A DNA stretch of 64,000 bases, taken from the NCBI GenBank assembly GCA_029856155.1, contig JAHQWL010000096.1, positions 17,140-81,139 on the forward strand. The letters are read 5' to 3'. Both the position numbers and the translations under genes were made by a program. Shown here in pieces: positions 10,421 through 19,836 of this stretch; positions within the stretch are counted from its first letter, which is position 1; each line of letters begins with the position of its first letter. Source of the stretch: Promethearchaeia archaeon (GTDB lineage Archaea > Asgardarchaeota > Lokiarchaeia > Sigyniarchaeales > SOKP01). The notes under the pieces are model-generated. The model searched no databases, was not told the origin of the DNA, and saw only the letters and a program-made list of their open reading frames with translations.

Positions 10421-10879
10421 TCATAATGGAAAGACTTCACTTGGAAATGAATAATAGTCTTGGCCATTCTTTTGAACTAACTGAATTTGCTGATCTGCAA
10501 TCAATTCTGATAGAATCAATTCATATTTTTTCTTTATATACCTTTTAAAAGAAGAGGGATTTATTTTTTCATTTACATTCTTTAGTAGCGCATTAGCAGT
10601 ATACGAATTCTTAGCATTTGTCTTTAAAAAATTAAAGATCTCTTTCTTAGAAGTTGTGTAATAATCTTCGGTTTTTTTCTTGAAAGAAATTTTTCCTTTA
10701 ATAAAGAGATAAACTAACAAAGAAATCACAAATGTCAAAATGTATGATAAAATTTGATATAATAAATCATTATAAATTATCCCTATCATGATAAAAATGA
10801 AGTCTATTATACTAAGAGTAATAGAAAATAATGCAAACCCTAAATCCCACTCAGTATATTCTCTTCTAATTCGAGTCAA
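10421..10879 (-). CDS. Hypothetical 2-TM protein with soluble C-terminal (possible winged-helix) domain
   Basis: Two N-terminal hydrophobic helices; GGTGAG immediately before TTG. Confidence 0.6.
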   Translation of the reverse strand: MTRIRREYTEWDLGFALFSITLSIIDFIFIMIGIIYNDLLYQILSYILTFVISLLVYLFIKGKISFKKKTEDYYTTSKKEIFNFLKTNAKNSYTANALLKNVNEKINPSSFKRYIKKKYELILSELIADQQIQLVQKNGQDYYSFPSEVFPL

Positions 10880-11207
10880 CTCACCGGAAATTTATCATCA
10901 CCTTTAATGATTAGAAATGTTAAATAATTTGAATTTATTGTTATAATCTTTCCTTTCATGGTAAAAGTAAAATTTTGAGTATATAAATATTTACATGGAA
11001 TAAAGAAATTACTCAGATAATCGGGAGACTTTGAAAAATTATACGCAATCTCTAAGGAATAAAAATAATAGGAATCTAGAAGAATTTTTGTATGTTTGAA
11101 ATATTTAATGACTTTTATGTCGAAATGTCCATATTGTAATAATGAATATTAATAGGGAAAATTAAGAATCTAATTCATAAAATAAGCTGAAATAAAATTT
11201 GAAAAAT

Positions 11208-11252
11208 TTATAAAGGAAACACTTTCTCGGCTTCTTTCTCATCAAATTTTAA
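11208..11252 (-). repeat. Isolated 3'-end fragment of the 12349-12618 gene family (LKFDEKEAEKVFPL*)
   Basis: 41/45 nt identical to 12349-12393, same orientation. Confidence 0.9.
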
Positions 11253-11268
11253 TCTCAACTAAAGCTTC

Positions 11269-12186
11269 TTACATTATTTCTCTGTTAAAGATCTCAAGTG
11301 AATCCTGTAGGTCAGGACTTTCTACTACTATAACCATTTTTTTAACACCCAAATTTTCAACTTTCTGTATTTTTTCTTTAATATCCTCAGAAGTACCCAT
11401 AAATAGGTATTTCATGTGGGATTCTAAGATTTCTCTTTCTCTTCTTAGACTTTCAAGACTTTCCTGACTGTCTACTATTGTAACATTAGAGAAAAGAGAG
11501 ATCTCGAACTCCGAAGGATCACGGTTGTACTTCTTTAGTTTTTCTTTAATTGTAGAAATACTATCTCTCAATACTTCTTGTTGTTGTACATCTAAATAGG
11601 GTAAGTTTATTCCATCTGCTTCTCTACAAGCAATATCAATCATTCTCTTTCCATTTGTTCCTATTACGATCTGCGGGTACGGTTTCTGAATGGATTTAGG
11701 AAAATTCCTATGTCTTTCCAGTTTCCAAAAATTACCCACAAAGTTAGTTTCATCTTCAGTAAATATCTTCTTATAGATGGTCAGTGATTCCTCTATCTCA
11801 TCAACTCTTCTCTTTGGTGTGTGAAATGGGTAACCATACGCCATATATTCTTCAGCATACCATCCTGCCCCTAACCATAATAAAACTCGCCCATTAGAAA
11901 TATGATCTAAAGTCAGTATAACTTTAGCTAAATAAGCTGGATTACGAAAGGAGTTACACAACACAATATGACCTAATTTGATTTTGTTAGTTTGCGTTGC
12001 TAAAGCTGCTAATAGTGTATTAGCCTCTAGAAAGGTTTCTTTTTTTTCTTGAGTGTCATCAAAACCTAATAAATGATCAGTAACATGAACAGATTCAAAC
12101 TCTAATCCTTCAAGTCTCACCGTTAGATCCCTAATTTCAGGATAGGTACGATATGAAGGATTTCTTACACAATACCCAAATCTCAT
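11269..12186 (-). CDS. LLM-class (luciferase-like) flavin/F420-dependent oxidoreductase
   Basis: TDHL, LAALA..T..IKLG, FRNPAYLAK...TLDHISNGR..LGAGW..EEY.AYG. Confidence 0.9.
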   Translation of the reverse strand: MRFGYCVRNPSYRTYPEIRDLTVRLEGLEFESVHVTDHLLGFDDTQEKKETFLEANTLLAALATQTNKIKLGHIVLCNSFRNPAYLAKVILTLDHISNGRVLLWLGAGWYAEEYMAYGYPFHTPKRRVDEIEESLTIYKKIFTEDETNFVGNFWKLERHRNFPKSIQKPYPQIVIGTNGKRMIDIACREADGINLPYLDVQQQEVLRDSISTIKEKLKKYNRDPSEFEISLFSNVTIVDSQESLESLRREREILESHMKYLFMGTSEDIKEKIQKVENLGVKKMVIVVESPDLQDSLEIFNREIM

Positions 12187-12348
12187 AGGCTTAAAAAAAA
12201 CCTAAAAATATTAAATCTTATTATTTTCGTCAAAACACGCAAATATAAACCCATTAGGCTGAAGTATTATATTTCAAATGATCTGTGAGATCATACAGTG
12301 AAAAATTATAGAGAATGCAAAAAACACTAAAAATAAAAGTTAGAAAGA

Positions 12349-12618
12349 TTATAAAGGAAAAACTTGCTCGGCTTCTTTCTCGTCAAATTCTAACTCGCGC
12401 AATCGGATACGGATCTCACGGGGAGTAAAAGAAGTTTTTAACACTTCCAACACGTTATCATGTAAGGCTTTCAAATTATCCATCGCTGCTTGATAATAGA
12501 AATTTTTCTCATTAAAGTTTATAGCAACAATGTCGTTTAAGCCAGCGAGCGCCTCCCGAACATTCCTATAATAAGCCATTACATCATCCAATTTTTCTTC
12601 TTTTTCTATATGTCCCAT
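12349..12618 (-). CDS. Small helical hypothetical protein ('gene A' of a multicopy divergent pair)
   Basis: 89 aa ORF with GAGGGA SD-like site; paralog at 17031-17222 is 48/55 aa identical over the C-terminal part, with many synonymous differences. Confidence 0.85.
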   Translation of the reverse strand: MGHIEKEEKLDDVMAYYRNVREALAGLNDIVAINFNEKNFYYQAAMDNLKALHDNVLEVLKTSFTPREIRIRLRELEFDEKEAEQVFPL

Positions 12619-12659
12619 TTTATTCCCTCAATCATTTACGTGTTTTACAATTATTGATA

Positions 12660-13160
12660 ATAAATTTCGATATATAAAGGTGTCGCTTTTCGATCATAAC
12701 GTTGCGATGATACGATCAACCTTTTACATCAAACCGATCAGAATTTATGAATACAATCACAAATTTTAAGGATATGAAAAAAATATTTTGCATTATAATG
12801 CTGGTTTTTGGTTACGAAAAGTGTCGATTGTGATTGATTTAATCAATAAAACAAAAGTGAATGTCGGATGTTGATCATTTTTTTGTCGTTGAATGACTGA
12901 AAGGTTACTTTGTTCAATATATTTTGCTTTTTCCAGTCAATTACATTCCGAAATTGTTTCTTACATTCTAAATAAAAAATATGAAAAATTCATTACAACC
13001 CAAAAAGATCCCACAAGAGAATATGATCATTTTTTCGTCATTTTGTACATTTTAAAAATACAGAATGTTTTGTTTTGACAGATTCCGTACTTTTCATTGA
13101 GAATTATGACTGAAAACATTTAAATATGAGAGTGATAGTATAGTGATCAGTCAAAAAATA
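12660..13160. promoter_or_regulatory. Divergent promoter region with periodic and inverted motifs
   Basis: TATA-like boxes at 12671-12678 (minus) and 13119-13126 (plus); CGATCA at 12691/12713/12735; TGACTG...CAGTCA boxes at 12894-12939 and 13107-13153; TGATCATTTTTT at 12872 and 13024. Confidence 0.55.
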
Positions 13161-13210
13161 TTAAAAATAAAAATAAATAAATCAAAAATGTTAGGATGTG
13201 ATAACGAAAA

Positions 13211-13552
13211 ATGGAACCATTATCAAAAATAGAAGAAAAAGTTTCTAGGCTAACAGATATCCAAAGGACTGATATTTATGAATATGCGAAAAGGGTGAGT
13301 AAGGAGACTCTGGAAGAAATATGTCCCGCGCTATTACGGTTGGCATTAGATTCTGAGCGGGGGATGCTCAAAAACCAGTTAGGTAATGTAATTTTTCATC
13401 TTCAGAAAAATGAAAGAATTAATACAGTAATTGGGCTTCAGAAGTTGCTTGATGCAGGTTTGATAGTTAATCCTGATGAGATGTTCAAGATTCTTGAGAG
13501 TTCTGAAGCGGATGCTCAGGAATTAGCCAAAAAAATTAAAGGGGTTTTGTAA
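13211..13552 (+). CDS. Small helical hypothetical protein ('gene B' of the divergent pair)
   Basis: 113 aa ORF with GGATGTGA SD-like site and downstream T-run; decayed paralog at 16976-17032. Confidence 0.85.
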   Translation: MEPLSKIEEKVSRLTDIQRTDIYEYAKRVSKETLEEICPALLRLALDSERGMLKNQLGNVIFHLQKNERINTVIGLQKLLDAGLIVNPDEMFKILESSEADAQELAKKIKGVL

Positions 13553-13556
13553 ATTC

Positions 13557-13565
13557 TTTTTTTTT
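13557..13565 (+). terminator. Archaeal oligo(T) terminator-like run
   Basis: T9 run a few nt after the 13552 stop. Confidence 0.4.
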
Positions 13566-13702
13566 CAAGACCTTTAATAGATTATTTTTAATCTAGTTTT
13601 TATTATAGGTAAGAGGATAAATATTATTATTGAAAAATCTTACTTTAACATAAGACCTAAATTTGGATTTTTTTTGTCAAATTCTTTTAGCTTTTATTAA
13701 AG

Positions 13703-14983
13703 ATGTCAGATTTCCTAAAAAAATTAGCAGATTTAAACACAAGAGATGCAAGATTAAATAATATTATTGATGAGTGTAATAAGAAGCTTAAAGTAAATCC
13801 TAACTCAATTGAGTTATTAATTCAATTAGCAGAAGCTTATAATTTAACTGGCCAATATAAAAAAGCTGTACTATTATGTAAAGAAATTCTAAAATTAAAA
13901 CGAGATTATAAACCTGCCTTGAATAACCTGTTCTTTGCATATGATCGGCTCGAGAGTTTTGATCAAGCATTAAAGATTTTTAAAAGATATTTAGAAGAAT
14001 TCAATTTAGAAAAAAAAGAAGAATTACAGAGACTTTCTTTCTCTATTTATCTCAAAAATTATTTTAAAGATAATAAAGATGAACCATTTTTAGAAATTCA
14101 CCTACCCCCCCATTACCCTTCAAAAGTAATAGATATAAATTTCAGTACTTCATTTCATTTCTCTAAAATTGGATGGTCCTCGCACAATTCTGATATTCTT
14201 AGAATTACATTAGAAAAGTATCCTCAAGATATTGAATTATGGAATTCTCTAGGATTTAGTTATTTTTCTATGGAAAAATATGATGATGCTAAAAATGCAT
14301 TTGATAAAGCTTTAGAGATTGATGACAAAAATATCATGACTCATTACCTTCTAGGTTCTTTTTATTTGAAAAATAAAGAACCTGAAAAAGCGAAAATAGA
14401 GTTTATTTCTGTTATTATCCATTTACCTGTATCATGGAATAGAGGTATTTCATTGATAGAAGAATCTTCTCAAAATCTTACTTTAAACATACAAGCATTG
14501 AATAAATTAGGAGAAGCTTATATTAAATGTGGAGAATATGAAGAAGCAATTAAAGATTTATTAAAAGCTTTAACTTTGACTAAACTATCATTTCCTTCAA
14601 TAACAACTCTTTTTGTAAGATCTTCAAAGAGTTTTGTCTTGTCATATATATATAAGAATTTAGGTATTGCTTATTATTCTTTAGATGATATTAAAAAGGC
14701 TCTAAAGATGTTTAAGAGAGCATTAAAACATGATCCTGAAAATGTTGAGATTTTAGAATGTTTAGGAGAGATATATTTTGACATGAAAAAGTATAAAAAT
14801 GCATCTGAAGTTTTTCAACATGTTGCAGGAATCAAACCAGAAGATCCTCGGGGTTGGCATATGCTATCTAAATCATATTATAACAGTAGTAGGACTGAAA
14901 ATGCTAAAGAAGCAAATTTAAAATGTTTAGGACTTGATCCTAACTATAAACCAGCATTAGAATTACGTAAGGAACTAATTTGA
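13703..14983 (+). CDS. Tetratricopeptide-repeat protein
   Basis: Multiple TPR consensus repeats (e.g. WNSLGFSYFSMEKYDDAKNAFDKALEID, NLGIAYYSLDDIKKALKMFKRALKHDP). Confidence 0.9.
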   Translation: MSDFLKKLADLNTRDARLNNIIDECNKKLKVNPNSIELLIQLAEAYNLTGQYKKAVLLCKEILKLKRDYKPALNNLFFAYDRLESFDQALKIFKRYLEEFNLEKKEELQRLSFSIYLKNYFKDNKDEPFLEIHLPPHYPSKVIDINFSTSFHFSKIGWSSHNSDILRITLEKYPQDIELWNSLGFSYFSMEKYDDAKNAFDKALEIDDKNIMTHYLLGSFYLKNKEPEKAKIEFISVIIHLPVSWNRGISLIEESSQNLTLNIQALNKLGEAYIKCGEYEEAIKDLLKALTLTKLSFPSITTLFVRSSKSFVLSYIYKNLGIAYYSLDDIKKALKMFKRALKHDPENVEILECLGEIYFDMKKYKNASEVFQHVAGIKPEDPRGWHMLSKSYYNSSRTENAKEANLKCLGLDPNYKPALELRKELI

Positions 14984-15050
14984 GTTTAGTCTGAATTCTT
15001 AAAGAAAGATACAAATGAAATTTAGAAGTAAGAATAATAAAAGTTGTATT

Positions 15051-16145
15051 TTAGTTCGCGTTGAGTTTAATAATTTCTTCTTTTGATAAAAGATATCCAT
15101 GGTTTGATTTCCATACTAAAATGTAATTGAATAAGAAGCTGAGAATGTAAGGTAACTTGGTAAATGGTCCAAATTTGATAAATTCCTTTGAATTATATGA
15201 TTTACAGATTTTAATAAAATCATAATTCTCTAATATATTTCTATGACTTGCAAGGGGACCTTTGCTAGATATAAAATTGAATGTAGTTTTTTTATTGAGT
15301 GCAATTTTACATAAAGTTTTTTGCTTTTTAAGCAGAAATTCATTTTCATTGAAAACTAATTGATTATTTTTATAAGATGTTCTTTTTACCATACTAAAAA
15401 TTTGAACAACTACAACAATAGCATAGGCTACACCACAAGAATAAATTACTAATGGAACTACTAAATTATTAACGAAAAGAGATATTATATAATTTAATAG
15501 ATAACAGAAAATAGGAATTAAAATTAACACAACCGAGTATATTACCTTTAACTTTTTTAATTGTTTTAATTTTACAACCGAAATTTCATACATTTGGGGA
15601 AATTGGAAATTAGTTTCATTACATATTTGTTTCAACCTTTCTTCAACCTTTCCATAGTAAAAATATATGGATTCGATAATATTTTGAAGTGTATGCATAT
15701 TAGGGACATTTTTTATTGAAATTTTTTTGGGAATTAAATCATTAGTCACGAATTCAATTGTTCCAGAATCAAAATTTTTATCAAAAAACCTTTTACGAAA
15801 AACAATACCCCTAAAAGAATTTAAAGGGTAGGAATGTACATTTTTTAAAGGTAAAGGAGATTTATCATAATGATACACATAGAGATTTATATTTGTTAAA
15901 AGAAAGTAACATATTTTTTTTTCATCTTTAATATTGAAACGAATTAGAGTTGGATTAATTACTATAAGTGATACACTTATCGCAAGAATACTTATAAGTA
16001 AATCATCTAAAGCATATATAAGTAAGACTGAAAAAAAAACATCTAAACCTCCCACCATTAAAGATATAGAAAAAATCATTGCTTTTTTATTCACAATTTT
16101 TGGAGATTTATATAAAATAATTTCATCCTCATCGATTCTTTGCAA
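15051..16145 (-). CDS. Membrane protein with two (2TM + PH-like) repeats
   Basis: Two TM hairpins, each followed by a beta-rich domain; FLLTN and GTIEF motifs typical of bacterial PH domains. Confidence 0.55.
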   Translation of the reverse strand: MQRIDEDEIILYKSPKIVNKKAMIFSISLMVGGLDVFFSVLLIYALDDLLISILAISVSLIVINPTLIRFNIKDEKKICYFLLTNINLYVYHYDKSPLPLKNVHSYPLNSFRGIVFRKRFFDKNFDSGTIEFVTNDLIPKKISIKNVPNMHTLQNIIESIYFYYGKVEERLKQICNETNFQFPQMYEISVVKLKQLKKLKVIYSVVLILIPIFCYLLNYIISLFVNNLVVPLVIYSCGVAYAIVVVVQIFSMVKRTSYKNNQLVFNENEFLLKKQKTLCKIALNKKTTFNFISSKGPLASHRNILENYDFIKICKSYNSKEFIKFGPFTKLPYILSFLFNYILVWKSNHGYLLSKEEIIKLNAN

Positions 16146-16238
16146 TAGAATATCAGGGATAATGATTTCTCACCAAATTCTTTTGTTAAAAACTTAGAAT
16201 TTTTTTAAAGTCTTTTTTGTTTATTATATTTAAATTTT

Positions 16239-16856
16239 TTATATATCTTGATTCTCAATAGACTTCCCACATTTACTGCAAAAGCTCGCATTAAGGGAAA
16301 TTTTTTTTCCACAAAAGGGACATATACTTTTGGGAGCGACTTCTGAAAGAGGAACAACATTTTGAGTTCTGCCTCTCCTTCCAGCTTCTGAATATGACAG
16401 AAAAGAACCCATTCCTATCGCTAGAGTTCCTCCCATAATCGGGCCAATAGCACCAAATCCTGGATTTAGAGAACTCCAAATGCCATATGGGAAGTTTCCA
16501 TTATAAGTATAAAAATCTAATGATATTAATGACACTATTGTTCCACCTAAAATAAAACCACCGCACCATATCCATAAATTCCCTATATTTTTATTTTCGA
16601 AGTACTTACGGTGGTATAAGTACCCAGTTAGTATTAATATCATTGAAAATGCCAATACCACTATGGTTATGCTTATTCCAGTAATAAGAATTACTTTATC
16701 ATTAATAAATTCAATTTGATTACTAGAACTTCTTTGAAAAACTAATCCCCACATCCAAATGCTAAAATATGTATAAAGAGTAGCAATTGGAGTTAATATT
16801 CCAACTAGGGCTAGTATTCCGCTAAAAAAGGGAAATAACCACCAATATTTTTTCAT
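16239..16856 (-). CDS. Four-TM membrane protein with C-terminal zinc ribbon
   Basis: Four hydrophobic segments; CPFCG-x8-CSKCG. Confidence 0.8.
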   Translation of the reverse strand: MKKYWWLFPFFSGILALVGILTPIATLYTYFSIWMWGLVFQRSSSNQIEFINDKVILITGISITIVVLAFSMILILTGYLYHRKYFENKNIGNLWIWCGGFILGGTIVSLISLDFYTYNGNFPYGIWSSLNPGFGAIGPIMGGTLAIGMGSFLSYSEAGRRGRTQNVVPLSEVAPKSICPFCGKKISLNASFCSKCGKSIENQDI

Positions 16857-16975
16857 TTTAACAACACTCTAATTATGATTACTGGATTTTTATAATTCAA
16901 AATAATTCAATTAATGTTTTTAATATAAAATTTTCTGTGATATATATATAAATTCTACTATATAAAGAAAAAATT

Positions 16976-17032
16976 GTCACTAGGGAGACTTAGAGGAAGC
17001 ATATTAGTACGGTGATTGGGCTTCAAAAACTT
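16976..17032 (+). pseudogene. Internally deleted remnant of a gene B paralog
   Basis: Encodes VTRET(L)EE (1-nt indel; cf. VSKETLEE) joined to ISTVIGLQKL (cf. INTVIGLQKL at 13418-13447; 9/10 aa, mostly third-position changes). Confidence 0.75.
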
Positions 17033-17222
17033 GTCTGAAATTTTAAACATGTATTTTAACGAGAAGGACTTCTATCATCAAGCAGCGAGGGATAATTTGA
17101 AAGCTTTACATGATAATGTGTTAGAAGTGCTAAAAGCTTCTTTTACTCCTCGGGAGATTCGGATGCGATTGCGGGAGTTAGAGTTTGACGAGAAGGAAGC
17201 CGAGAAAGTGTTTCTTTTATAA
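17031..17222 (+). pseudogene. 5'-truncated paralog of gene A (covers most of predicted ORF 17016-17222)
   Basis: 48/55 aa identical to the C-terminus of 12349-12618; N-terminus replaced by the gene B remnant; opposite orientation to the intact copy. Confidence 0.85.
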
Positions 17223-17502
17223 ATTGATTGCATTTTATCTTTAGCATATTTTTTGAACTTACTCTTTTTATAGCTTAATTTTAATTATTTATCTCAAGAG
17301 TGGATTATCCTGTCCCGAACTTAGGTTGCCATAATTACAATCAGTATACCCGGCAAAATTTAGGATCCAGTTCAACTCAGTGGCTCAATAATAGATTGTT
17401 TGATTTAGGTTGTGTACACCGGCTTTTTTCTTTCCTCCAAGTTTAATAACTTAAATATTATCGAAAATTACACTAGTTAAATCCAAATGTATATAGTAAA
17501 AG

Positions 17503-17742
17503 ATGTTTATGAAGGAAGAAGAAATCATTGAGGAATTAAAAAAATTAGGAGAAAAAGTTGGTAGTAATATAAGAATTAATCAAGATATTCGTACTATTCT
17601 TATGGTTATAATGATATCCCTTGTGCTTTTCATGGTTTTGTTGTTAATAAGTTTTCCTGACCCTTTCATTGCCTCTTTTATACTCATAGTTCCTTTGTTT
17701 GTAGGAATATATGAAATATTGAGAAGAAGGGGTTGGATCTAA
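17503..17742 (+). CDS. Small 2-TM hypothetical protein
   Basis: Charged N-terminal helix, two TM segments, basic C-terminus. Confidence 0.65.
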   Translation: MFMKEEEIIEELKKLGEKVGSNIRINQDIRTILMVIMISLVLFMVLLLISFPDPFIASFILIVPLFVGIYEILRRRGWI

Positions 17743-18046
17743 ATGAAAAAGACTTGGTGTCTTATTTATTGTCAATCAATACCTATTCATTTTTCCTAAT
17801 TTTATTTAATTATCCACAAGTGGGACATTCTGGATTTAAATCAGCCATAGTAATTCTAAATGGAATGATTTAGCAGGAATTAATAGATTTAAAGCAATTT
17901 CTTTAAATATCAATATTAATTACTTGTAAAATTAATTAATTATGCTTTATTTGAATTTGAAAAAGTGTTTTAGATGAATAATGAAATGTTAAATAAAGCT
18001 AAAAAAGGGCATCTTGAGGCAATATATTTCCGAAATTTTCTATTAA

Positions 18047-18496
18047 TTATAGATAAGGCAAAAATTTCTCTAGAGTTATTTTCGCTCCTATTTTTGACGG
18101 GATTTCAACTGCTTTCTTTACTTCATCATAAGAGTAACCCTTGTTGTATAAATTTTCTATTGCGGGAGAGAATACCTTTTTATAGTATTTATCACCAATT
18201 TTATCAATAATTTTATCAAATTCTTTAGTAGTTATCCATTTCTCCTGCTTTCTATGAGTTATTGATAAACCTTTTTCCTTTCCCTTTTGTTCTAATTTAT
18301 ATTTCTGAGTTTCTTTTCCTAAGCGTGTTTGATATCCAACGATAGCAATTACAATACCATGGATCTTTGCCTCTTCTTCATTATGTCCAGCTTTGAGCCA
18401 GTCAATACGATGATATTCAGAGATTATATCCCATTTACCTATTTTAATTAACTTTATCTCTTCTAATTCTTTTGAGTTAAAAGCTTTCGATACCAT
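18047..18496 (-). CDS. Hypothetical protein
   Basis: 149 aa ATG-started ORF with normal coding composition; no motif recognised. Confidence 0.7.
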   Translation of the reverse strand: MVSKAFNSKELEEIKLIKIGKWDIISEYHRIDWLKAGHNEEEAKIHGIVIAIVGYQTRLGKETQKYKLEQKGKEKGLSITHRKQEKWITTKEFDKIIDKIGDKYYKKVFSPAIENLYNKGYSYDEVKKAVEIPSKIGAKITLEKFLPYL

Positions 18497-18696
18497 TTAG
18501 TTTAATTATTATTTTTATTATGTATTTTTTAAAAATAAATAAGTAAATCACGATTTTATTTCTTTCAGTTATTTATTAGAATAAAATAGTGCTTACGCGA
18601 TTAAATTGAATACTTAAAATTAAAATTCAAATATAATATCTAAGACTTAGGGTATTGTTTAAGTTTTGGAAAAATGAAATTTAGAAAGATTCCTAA

Positions 18697-19836
18697 TTAA
18701 TGCCATACAAGTGGTCTATATTCCTTTAAAGGTAATTGTATGGTGCTTTGCGTACGTTGCGATTCATATGAAGCTAAAACAATTTCCAAACCAGCTTTAC
18801 CATCATATATAGTTGGGATCCATTCTTGAGGAAAACCAACATCCTCATTCGAGCGTCCTAAAATATTGTTTATAAAACTTCGTATCTCTCGAGCATAGCT
18901 AAGATTCCAACGATCCTTTGGAAATGTAGTTTCAACTTCCGAAATTTTACTAGTCTTATTTCTCCTAAAATGTTTTTTTAATGTCATTGGTTTTAAGGAG
19001 TACTCATGTGGAACATCAAAAAAATAAGTTCCCTTAGTTCCATGAATTCTACCTAATTCTTCCCCATAGACACTGCCAAAATAAGCTTCGGAACGCTCAA
19101 ATATCGCTGTAATATCGCTTTTCTTAAATGATAATAAAACTGTAGAATGGTCTTCATAGGCTCTAGTCTTATGTACCCGCCTTATTTGAGCACTAACACT
19201 CTTTATTTCTCCAAACCACCATCTTAGTAAATCAAAATAGTGAGGTCCATGATCTATGAGATCTCCGCCTCCACACTTTTCATCTGTCAACCTCCATAAT
19301 CCAACTTCTTGTATTAGATCGTTTCTTGGATTCAATCCAAGATCCGGCATAGAATGATACCAATAAATTGAAGCTTGGATTATATCGCCAATTTCCTTTT
19401 TAAATATTTTTTCTTTTATAAATTGGAATCCTAAATCAAATCTTTTTTGAGTTGCCGTTTGGAAAATTACGTTATTTTTCTCGACAGCTTTAATCATTTT
19501 ATTAACTTCTACTAAATTTAAACCAATAGGTTTTTCACATAAAATGTGTTTTCCATTCCTAGCAGCCCGGATAACTTGTTCAGCATGAGCCCAATGAGGA
19601 GAACATATGCTTACAGCTTCGATATTCGGGTCATCTAATAGATCTTCTGGTTTTTTATATGCTTTTGGAACATTATAAAGCTTCTGAGCTTGTTTAAGAT
19701 GAGATTCGAGGGGATCAGAAACCGCTTCTATCTCTGTGAGTGAAGATTTATGATATATTGGTAAATGTCCAATGTTGGCTACAGTCCCACATCCTAATAC
19801 TCCAATTTTTAACTTATTATTAGGCACTTTAATCAC
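18697..19836 (-). CDS. Gfo/Idh/MocA family oxidoreductase
   Basis: IGVLGCG Rossmann motif, HILCEKP, GGGDLIDHGPH. Confidence 0.92.
   Translation of the reverse strand: MIKVPNNKLKIGVLGCGTVANIGHLPIYHKSSLTEIEAVSDPLESHLKQAQKLYNVPKAYKKPEDLLDDPNIEAVSICSPHWAHAEQVIRAARNGKHILCEKPIGLNLVEVNKMIKAVEKNNVIFQTATQKRFDLGFQFIKEKIFKKEIGDIIQASIYWYHSMPDLGLNPRNDLIQEVGLWRLTDEKCGGGDLIDHGPHYFDLLRWWFGEIKSVSAQIRRVHKTRAYEDHSTVLLSFKKSDITAIFERSEAYFGSVYGEELGRIHGTKGTYFFDVPHEYSLKPMTLKKHFRRNKTSKISEVETTFPKDRWNLSYAREIRSFINNILGRSNEDVGFPQEWIPTIYDGKAGLEIVLASYESQRTQSTIQLPLKEYRPLVWH

Noticed and set aside
12893-13078. 61-aa ORF between genes A and B
   Set aside because: No SD or recognisable motif; it overlaps the repeated regulatory-like motifs and is probably spurious.
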